A stretch of DNA of 63,786 bases, filler included, from Intoshia linei (Eukaryota; Animalia; Orthonectida): NCBI GenBank assembly GCA_001642005.1. It is 9 parts of 9 records of this genome, joined end to end, with 100 filler letters (N's around TTAATTAATTAA, not from the genome) between each part and the next. Parts side by side here need not be neighbours in the genome. Positions count along the whole stretch, not along the records: positions 43,382 to 54,717 come from LWCA01001180.1; positions 54,818 to 57,929 come from LWCA01002141.1; positions 58,030 to 60,119 come from LWCA01002414.1; positions 60,220 to 62,630 come from LWCA01002340.1; positions 62,731 to 63,786 come from LWCA01002825.1; 4 more parts are not named here. One strand, given 5' to 3'. Below the pieces are notes generated by a model, which worked only from the letters and a program-made list of their open reading frames with translations, had not been told where the DNA came from and ran no database searches. Shown piece after piece: positions 53,990-63,786 of the stretch (the stretch's first letter is position 1; the number at the start of each line of letters is the position of its first letter). Position numbers and translations under genes: made by a program.

Positions 53990-55417
53990 CTAAATTTATA
54001 CAAATAATTGATTGGATTTAATTTATATGGAGGTCCGCGAGCAAAATTAAAATTAAAAATGGACCAAAAAGTCAAAAAATTTAAAAAGTTTGAGAACCCC
54101 TGCTCTAGAATATGATATCTAATTTGTATGTTTAATATGGTCAATGATCTCAATTTTAAATTACACAAAATTGAGGTTGTTGCGGAGATAGTTATTTTTT
54201 GTATGTTTTAATTATTTTTCTCAAAGGGCCAAAGAATTAAAAACCCTTCCTTATATAATATGCTACGCGATTTTTGTTTGTGTATGTGTGTGTTCAACTT
54301 TATTTAAATAACTACCCGTCTTAGAATTTTATAAAGTCCACATTTCAATTACAGTTTTTTCAGAAATGGTCGAGATTGATTTGTTTTTAGCTGGCACAAG
54401 GATACATTTATTTTATGATAATGATGTTTCATCAACATCGTTATAATTCCACGTAGCTACGAAGACATTTCGAGCACAAACAGTAATCATATGAACTCTT
54501 TCTTTCCTAGTCAGATTATTCTTTGATATAAGGTATTTTGAAAAATTACTTTTTATTATTAAGTTTTAACTTGATATTTTAAATCGATGTCGTTTATAAG
54601 AATAAAAAAAGCTTAGAAATACTAATATAAAACGAGCAAATCGTGTAAAAGTAAATTCTTTGGTATTAAATTACTTACAATTGTAAAAACTTATTGGGAA
54701 ACCTCCATTGTTCTATTNNNNNNNNNNNNNNNNNNNNNNNNNNNNNNNNNNNNNNNNNNNNTTAATTAATTAANNNNNNNNNNNNNNNNNNNNNNNNNNN
54801 NNNNNNNNNNNNNNNNNTTCATGTCAAAAATACGTATTTAATAGTCATTTTACCTTATTTAAATATCATTTCAATGTATATAGGTATAAAAACATGAACA
54901 ATAATAAAGTTATTCTGTCATGTTTTTAAAAAAGGTTTAAAAAAAAAATAGGCGATGGAAATTACAAAACTAGATAAAATTTAATCGGTAATTGTGTTCT
55001 AAATTACATTTTGAACGCTCAGTAAAATATACTTTTGTTAATTTAACAGAAAGTTTAAAAAGTGGACACCCTAATGCATATTCAGTATCAATTTAATAAA
55101 TACTTCAAAATACCAATTGTGTATCAATAATTAATTGAATCTGTTTATAAATATTTCAGTCGAATTTTACCATTATTGCAAAAGATTGTAATATAAAAAT
55201 GATTAATGTTAAAAACAACCAAAACATAAACAAAAAAAAATAGCGTAGAATATTATATAAGTGAGGATTATAAAAAATAAATATAAATTATATTTCAATT
55301 CAATTTTACAGGATTAAACTAGAAAATATATATCCCAGCTATAGATTGTACAAAAAATAACCAATAAATAATAAATTTAATAAATGGTAAATAAAAACAT
55401 AAAATGTACATTCAACT

Positions 55418-56737
55418 TTATTTTTTCAATCTTTTGGAAATATCATCAAAAATATGTTGAGGGATTAAATCTTTTTCTTTTTCTAAAATGGAAACAGTTT
55501 TTTTAATGGTATATTCTGCAACACCAATGACTGAACTTACATCTATTAAAATAAATAAAACAGCATTAAAATATAATACCGGTCAAGGACTTGGTAAATT
55601 TATATAAACTGCAAGAATAAGCTATTGAAGCGGCTGCAATGGAAACTGGACTTCGACTAAACATGAATAAAATTAAATTCAAAATAAATTACCCAGCCAA
55701 ACTACCAATAGATCTAGATTTTTGGGCCAAAAGAACGGACAATTTTTCAATATATATAGGCAATGACAAATTTGAACAAAATCTAATCTAATTAGTTAAA
55801 TTATCAATATACAATGTCCATGTAAAAATTCAATAAATTATAAAATGTACCATAAAATCACTACTTTCAACTATATCAATATTGGTTTCCAATGCACGTA
55901 GAATTTTTTTGCAAACTCTACCGATATATTTAACTGCTACATTTGAAACACTACAAATTTCCTTAAAAGTTCTTCCAACCCCTTCCTGTCTGGCAGCAAT
56001 ATAAATGCATGCAGCTACAATAAAATAAAATTAAATATAATAATAAACAGTTTACCTGCTAAGGCGTCATTATTTTTGTATTTTAATTTTTTAGTTTCTC
56101 TAACATCCTTAATTAATAACATGGCACGTTTCTAAATAACATAAGCCTAATTAATATACAATGTATAATTTACTTGAATGGCAGAATTTAAATTCAACAT
56201 TTCACAAAATTCTTTAATGCTTCTGTACGAAATGGTATTTGATTTTTTGTCACTGCCCATAATCTTAATGAAATTATTAAAAATTATTATTATTAATTAC
56301 AATTTGTAATTTGAAAAAATGTTTTAAAAACTAACTTGCATGTTCGATCTAGCTAAACCAGAAAAATTTCGCTGTGTAGACGCGTCCATTGTTATCACGG
56401 TAGATAATTCTCCATCAAAAACGGCATCCTAAATAAACTACATGTATAATGAGAAATAGAAATCATACATCAGCAGCTCCAATACGACTTTTATCTGGTG
56501 CATTAGCATCACCAAAAGTTCTCCATTCTGAAGTAACATCCACAACTCTAATTTTAATTAATTATACAAAATTCAAAGAATCAACCTGTCTCCCACAACT
56601 ATGCCACATCTTGTGCAAATCATGTCTCCAGCTTGATGGTCTACGTTTTTAAGTTTAAATTTCAATCATTCTAGAATTACCTTCAACTAATTGTGCTTTT
56701 GGGTGATATGGACATTCCAAAAATGCGGTTCTCCTTC
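55418..56737 (-). CDS. GTF2B: General transcription factor TFIIB, ~10 short exons; start codon unresolved
   Basis: [43 protein letters not shown] (Zn ribbon/B-reader), [48 protein letters not shown]. Confidence 0.94.
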
Positions 56738-59700
56738 TAAAAATTTCAATATATACATGATGTCAAATTTTCTGAAAATTAACCCTATTATTTGAAATCC
56801 AAAAATAAGATACATTCTATACATTTAACCAGATTTAGAGCATTTTTTAAATTTTTCGTCTTACTTTCGTCAGTCACTTCACAATCGACTAATTGTCTTA
56901 TAAATAATATTGTATATCAATTTAAAAAAGGTAAATTGGCTCTATTTCAGGTGTACTGATAGGTTGTGGGTTGCGTTTATACATTCAATTAAAAAAGAAT
57001 ACATTTTATTTTTAATTGTAGAATTTAAAAAAAAGTCAAATGTTTGTCGTCGATTTCTAAGATAAGTTTACATGGGTTTTGTCTGGTGTCATCATAACAA
57101 AATTCACTGTAAGTTTGTTGTATAAGAAATTAATTACACATTTGATATTCACCAATCGTGAACATAAGCATGTATCATGTATAAAAATGACACTATAATT
57201 AAAAGATTAATTAATAGACTATTTCAAGAATAGGATAGTAAAAAATGTATTGCTTTCAGATTCACTTTTCGTACATATTCATTATTTTACATTTCACAAG
57301 TGTACTACTCAAAGCAGAACTGTATAAAACTGTATTTCAGATTATGTTGACTGTAAAAGTTCAAGTAATATATTACCCAAACAATTTGGATTTTCTGTCA
57401 GGTTTTAAATATCGTTTATTCATATCTACTTTCATTTTGATTTTTTCAATAAATATTAAATGAAAAACGAAAAATATATAAAACAACTTTATTCGTTGAT
57501 CATGACAACTGTAAATGAGTAAAATAACATTAGAATCTAATACAATTAGAATTGTACTAAAATTTAGACTAAATCTCTAATAAGGATCTCTAATGAAACT
57601 GATTATGAAAATTGGAAAAACTGATTAAGACGATTAAATGACTGAAATAAGTCCAGAAGTAAAATACAGTTAACCAATATCTCAAAATTACAACCGACTT
57701 GGCTTAAGTATTGTGTATTTCGGTAGAATCATTTTTTCCTTCCAAAATTGTTTACATATATATGTATTTTAAAATGATCTGTGTACAATCTGTTGAAAAA
57801 TTGTGCAACTATACTTTACTATTTACCTTCACAATACAAATTGAATTTAAAATGTGTATGTGTGTTACAGTAACTGCAGAGCCGTTTTAAGGCATGGGCA
57901 ATATGGGCTGTAGCCCAGGGCCACTCATTNNNNNNNNNNNNNNNNNNNNNNNNNNNNNNNNNNNNNNNNNNNNTTAATTAATTAANNNNNNNNNNNNNNN
58001 NNNNNNNNNNNNNNNNNNNNNNNNNNNNNAGCATCAATAATGTTTTGTATCATGATTATTTATTTTGTAATGTTTTGATAGAGTATTAAAGTCAAATAAA
58101 TAATGCTATACAGCGATAATGTAATCTACAGTTCTGGTTATAAAAACTTTACAATAATATATTACTGCAGTAACATTACAAGGAGTACTAAACCTTTTTT
58201 TGATGCGATCGATTTTAAAATTTTTCAATGAGTCGCGATCGACTAATATATTGATTAGAAAAATTTTTCTGATCGGAACCTATTTCAAAACCATTAATTT
58301 TAACTAATTTTTATATCTATGGAAATATGCTTTGAAACGAAATTTTTAGTAAAATTTTGGCTAAAGACGCATTTTATTTCTATTGCGCATTAATTTTCAT
58401 AAATTTCTATTTGCGCTACATACATTTGCTAGATATAAACTTGATTAGACACATACATATTTAAAATTCAAATTGCAACACTTTTTTTCTCATAGGCCAT
58501 GTAGGTGACGCTTACTGTAAAAATTAAAAACTTTTTCCCATATTCACATTACATGTATGACAGATTATTATTAGTAATGATTCATTACTATGTAATTCAT
58601 ATACACACCATGATAAAAATCTATATAATTATATATTATTTCGATTATAATCGAATCTGTATCTTCTAATCCAGCTGTTCCCAAATGATGGTACTGGGAC
58701 CCCAAAAAGATACCAGAAATTATTTTGGGGTAACAGCTCGTCTGATACTATGACTCATAAATTATAGATATTTTTTAAAGTCCCAAAAATTGGCATAACA
58801 ATTGTTTTTAAAATTATTTACACAAATGTTAAGAAAACAAAATTAAGATGGAATAATTCACTTTAAATTAAAATGTGATATGACGGATCCACGTGAAATT
58901 TATTTTTTTATGTAGAATAAAAATGTGCCCTTGCAGAGCTAGATACTGTTTGTATGTAGTACATAACAGCCAACTAATATATTCTAAATTAAATCTACTT
59001 TTTATTTCTACATTTTTCATAATTCTTTTCAATGGTTTGTACCGTCTTAGGGACATTTCTGTCAACAGATGTATCATTTTTAAAATGTTATATGATATAG
59101 ACCAATTTTCTTCGCATTATTAAAAGTAAACACAATACAAATTATTTAATTTAACCATTTTTCATAGGTATCAATTTTCAAAATATTTTCATTTTTTGAG
59201 GGGAACGTTAGAGCAAAAGTGGGCATTCTTTTTTGATTTCAAAATTTTTTAAATGGATATTCGTAACATGAACATAATTACTCATCTTTCATCGTGGGCT
59301 AATTTTTGTTTACTCAAAGAAGATTTTTATGGCACAGGTTAGTGCACCGTCAGAAAAGATTAAGAAGCACTGATCTAATGGAATAATTTTAACGTCACAA
59401 GTCTACGCATTCCTGGTCGAAAATGAATTACTATTTTATTCATTGTTTTGGTACTTATAAGTTTATAGACTCATTGACTATAATCAATTAAAAAGCTAAT
59501 TCATTAAATTCGAATTAACTAATTAATAAATGCAATAAAATTAATTAAGTTCTTCCTCGGCAGAGCTAACTGTTATTTGCGATAAGTAACTTACACTAAA
59601 TTTAGTTGACTTATAAAATATATGCTTTTATTCAAATCTTCTCTAATATATTAACATATATATAATATATAATCTAATATATATGTAAATTAATTATTAA

Positions 59701-61616
59701 ATCAAAATTAATTTTAAAAAGACAATTGACTGCATAACAAATTAAATCGAGAACAAGAGTTTTACTTGATATGTTATAAAAAAACAAATACCTTCGCTAT
59801 CACGTACCAACAATTTTAGCAATACTAATCCATAATTAACTAAATAAATACATTACATGTTTATATTAACCCTTAGACCAGGAGTGCACAATTAGCAACC
59901 TTACGGCTTTTTATTTGGACGAATATTTTTTGGATACTCATCTTAGAACAATTGTTGTATAATTAAAATTAAAATAAAATAAAGTTTTTCAAAATTATAC
60001 TGTGTATATTAGGGGTGTGAACGAATTTTTATATAAAAAATGCTGCACCCTTCCACCATATAAACATTTTACAAAATATTCAATTTGCACCTAATCTTAC
60101 CTATCAACTGTTAAAAAAANNNNNNNNNNNNNNNNNNNNNNNNNNNNNNNNNNNNNNNNNNNNTTAATTAATTAANNNNNNNNNNNNNNNNNNNNNNNNN
60201 NNNNNNNNNNNNNNNNNNNTAAATTCGCAGAACGATCTTTCTGATTTTTAGAGTTATTATACGACATGTGATATATTCTAACAACGTTTCCCCAATGCTG
60301 GTCCGTAAAAATTATATACCGGTCCGCGAAATAATAGTGAAAAATTTTTACTAATTAGAACTCAATTTATTACGTTTTATATCACATTTTTTTTAATAGT
60401 ATCATATCCATTTGTACATTAACATGTTTTACTAATTGAAAAATAAATTTTAATTATGGTTGATAAACATTGAGTCTCCCGGCACAATATCAAAAGATCG
60501 TAAAATCACATGATCGTAGATCAAATAATCGTAAATCAAAAGATNCTTCTTATTTAAAGTATAATATTAAATATTGACTATTGACTTAATCCTAACTTAT
60601 ATAATATGCTAAGCGATTTTTGTTTGTGTGTCTGTCTGTGTATTCTACTTTATTGAAATAACTAACACTCTAAGAATTTTTTAAAAACCACTAAATTTAA
60701 TTAACTTTATTTAATTAAATTTTTTATTTTTTTGGAATGAATAGTTACTTCACTTTAAATATTTTATTGNNNNNNNNNNNNNNNNNNNNNTCAAATAACT
60801 AACACTCTTAGAATTTTTTAAAAACCACTTAATTTAATTAACTTTATTTAACTAAATTTTTTATTTTTTTGGAATGAATAGTTACTTAACTTTAAATATT
60901 TTATTGTTATATCTTACATTCAATAAAAATGTAAGATTTATTCCTATCTAGACGTAGTTAGCGTTAAAAGGAATACTTTTCTCCAAATGACCTTGGAGGA
61001 GAGGGGGGGGGGGAGATCTTACATCATCGTGAAGTTACCACGATGATGTATTCAAGAAAGAAGAACTTNTAAAAATGTAAGATTTATTCCTATCTAGACG
61101 TAGTTAGCGTTAAGAGGAATACTTTTCTCCAAATGACTTTGGAGGGGGGGGGGAAAGATCTTACATCATCGTGAAGTTACCACGATGATGTATTCAAGAA
61201 AGAAGAACTTCATTGTGAAAATATAAATTGGCAAATAACCAAATTTATTTATTAAACATTAAAATTCATTTTGTATTGTTAAACTCTTCAAGTCAACAAC
61301 TAGCGCTAATTACTCTTGCAATCTTGAACTCGTTACACAACGAAACAAAAACAACTTTGTTAGTATCATTTTTATAATTATTACAATATTTTACAAATTT
61401 GGTAAACTTCGACTAAAATATATTTATAAAGTGAAGATTCGGTTAATTATTGATACATAATTAGTATTTTTAAGTATTTATTAAATTAGTATTGAGTGTG
61501 ATGTGATATGATGGTTCTACCTGAAACAAGTTTGGAAACCACTCTTTTAAAGAATTGATAATAGTGAATGGTAGGATTTTTCAGTTAAATTTTATACGTG
61601 AATTTATGTTTTTGGT

Positions 61617-61684
61617 AGCATAAAAATGTGCTCTCGGCAGAGCTAGGTGCTTTTTGTACGTAGTGCATAACAGTAAACCTAGTT
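61617..61684 (+). mobile_element. Representative copy of a dispersed hairpin terminus ending CTAG|T (Helitron/Helentron-like 3' end)
   Basis: Consensus CTCGGCAGAG-CTAGGTG-CTGTTTGTAC-GTA-GTACATAACAG-TCAA-CCTAG-T; ~11 copies in the window. Confidence 0.6.
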
Positions 61685-61687
61685 ATA

Positions 61688-62375
61688 CACACTGTCCAAA
61701 ATATTATGCAAATCACTAAAAGTTGTGTATTCAGTCTACAATTGATTATAACTGCTATTTTGTTTGTCATTAATTGACATTTAATCGACTCAATATGTAT
61801 TAAAAAAATAAATATTTAATTCAATTTAAAAATTTTTAATTAAATATTATCGTTTTTTTAAATTGTTAAGTGTGCCAAAATATTATGCAAATTTTAAATG
61901 GGAAACAAAAACGACTTAAATATAGAAAAAAAAAACCAAATAGTCTGTTTAATTGCAAGAAGAAAAAGTACTATACAAATATCACGATGTCTCGAACGTG
62001 TGATCATCGCACTATTAAAAAATAAATAGAAGATCTGTCTGAAAAGAATGATAGGTCAAATAGTGGTCGAAATAAGATACTTTCATTTAGAAAATTACGA
62101 ATTCTTAAAAAAAAGTGTTTGTGACACCACTTGCGACAAGTTTAAGATTATTTTCGGCTTGCAACATAGGAGATGTGCCTAGAAGCAGTCGATGTAGGGT
62201 TATAAAATCTGTTGCATCTGTTAAATCTCTGAGAATACCGATTTTGAAGCCTATTCACAAAGAAAAAAAGATGAAATGGGCTAGAACCAATTTAAAGACA
62301 AATTTCCAATCCGTTATATTTACAGATGAATGTCGTGCAACTCTTGGTGGCCCGGATTGCTGGTCAAAATATTAG
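61688..62375 (+). mobile_element. Tc1/mariner element, left end plus degraded transposase
   Basis: TA-preceded end with IR/DR-type 18-bp direct repeat CCAAAATATTATGCAAAT (61696, 61875); ATG 61898 MGNKNDL..; WARTNLKTNFQSVIFTDECRATLGGPDCW (first catalytic Asp); frameshifts. Confidence 0.85.
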
Positions 62376-63786
62376 GTTTTAAAGGTGTCAAGAATTTGAC
62401 CGATTCGGTCGATAACAACTTTTATTTAAAAAAATTTATGACATCATTATTTTGCTTATCTAAACTACATTATCTTTTCTTTTTTAAATTTATTATTATC
62501 ATATATCGTATAACTTATTCCATTAATTTTCAAATACCTTTTGGATATTTTCTGAACCTGAATACTCGTTCCAACATCATATATCACAGTTAAGTATAAA
62601 ATTATGTATATATATGTGGGAGTTAATATGNNNNNNNNNNNNNNNNNNNNNNNNNNNNNNNNNNNNNNNNNNNNTTAATTAATTAANNNNNNNNNNNNNN
62701 NNNNNNNNNNNNNNNNNNNNNNNNNNNNNNGTAGTACAAAACTGCCAAGCTAGTTAAATATAAACATGATAATATCTGTTCTTCGCGTATTTCAACATGT
62801 GAAAATTTAAACTATGATGATAATAAAGTAATTCTAAATAATGCGAAAGATCTAGACTTTATTGTTCCTTATAGTAAGAATGTTTAAAAACGTCATAATA
62901 CTTCCAGCACTGCTAAATTGGGCATACATTCAAAGATATTCATCAAAAAAGCAAAAAATGATTGCTAATTTTTGAACAAGAAATAATAAAAATGATGACA
63001 GAACTATGGGATGCCTCTAGGAGTAATATATATTTGAATGGCAAATTTATTGCGACAAATATGTTATAGCTATATATTATATATATAAAATAAAGCTTAT
63101 AAATTATTGTGTATGTCTTTTAGAGTTTCGACGAATTTTGAAATTACTACACTATTTTATATTTATTTTGTCATTGTTCCAACATACAGGCATTTATAAT
63201 TAACTTATTTTTTGAATTCATCATGTCTAGTCTACAAATTATATTTTTTAAAAGTTACTAATAATAGCTAAAAGTTAGTAAAATCAGTCGTTAGGTTATT
63301 AAAAAAATTGTTATAGTGAGGAGACATGATATTTAAATATAATATTTATTAAATTAAAGTTAAAATTTTGAGATATTCAAAAGTGTTTTGTTAATTAAAT
63401 TTATTTTTTTGATAGAATAAAAATGTACTCTACAGTACCTATACTGTTTGTACGTAGTACATAACAGTCACCTATGTTAAATATAATCTTATATTAAAGT
63501 TTACATTTTTAGATATTCAAAAGTATTATTGTTAATTAAATAATCTATTTGCTTTTCCAATACCCTGTTAAATAATTAAAATATAAAAATTGTTACCTGT
63601 ACATATATCACTTTCATTATTCTTTAAAAATCCAACTTTACATTTAACACATACTCTTTCATCATATCGATTAAATTCACAACAATTTTCAACTAAAAAA
63701 AATTATAGTGTAATTTACCTACATAATTTTTTTAATAAATGTAACTTCTTGGGCTATCAAAACATTTTTTATAAAGAATCTTATAT

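Noticed and set aside
60654-60906. ~115-bp direct repeat around a short N-run
   Set aside because: Typical contig-end overlap artefact
61070-61210. Direct duplication of 60926-61068
   Set aside because: Separated by a single N and differing mainly in G-run length; likely an unmerged overlap or allele
7430-62730. Recurrent N..TTAATTAATTAA..N blocks (7430, 18231, 32054, 43282, 54718, 57930, 60120, 62631)
   Set aside because: Artificial scaffolding spacer with stops in all six frames; not biological

Overview
AT-rich eukaryotic (animal) draft-assembly scaffold. Genes are intron-dense, with many tiny (~34-50 nt) GT-AG introns plus a few long introns full of transposon remnants. This style fits a compact parasite genome such as the orthonectid Intoshia (inference only). 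Recognisable genes: DNAI2 (-), a SIPA1L/RapGAP (+), cactin (+), RPL23A (-), a CDK1-like kinase with PATTIRE (+), two tandem globin copies (+), PP2A catalytic subunit (+), an intronless phosphomannomutase (-), a 7-Sushi/CCP membrane protein (+), a non-alpha nicotinic-type Cys-loop subunit with an atypical M2 (+) and TFIIB (-). Two candidate orphan genes are missed by the ORF track. Mobile DNA includes Gypsy gag and integrase fragments, hAT elements with 8-bp TSDs, a piggyBac-type MITE, Tc1 and mariner remnants, a Chapaev3-like fragment and dispersed Helitron-like termini. The N-runs with a TTAATTAATTAA core are scaffolding spacers. Most notable: the globin pair differing at the proximal His (Tyr vs His), the odd pore-lining helix of the Cys-loop subunit, a ~11-copy hairpin terminus with a compensatory change, and a compact multi-hairpin element with mutually exclusive folds. 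I did not find unambiguous evidence of a new biological system.
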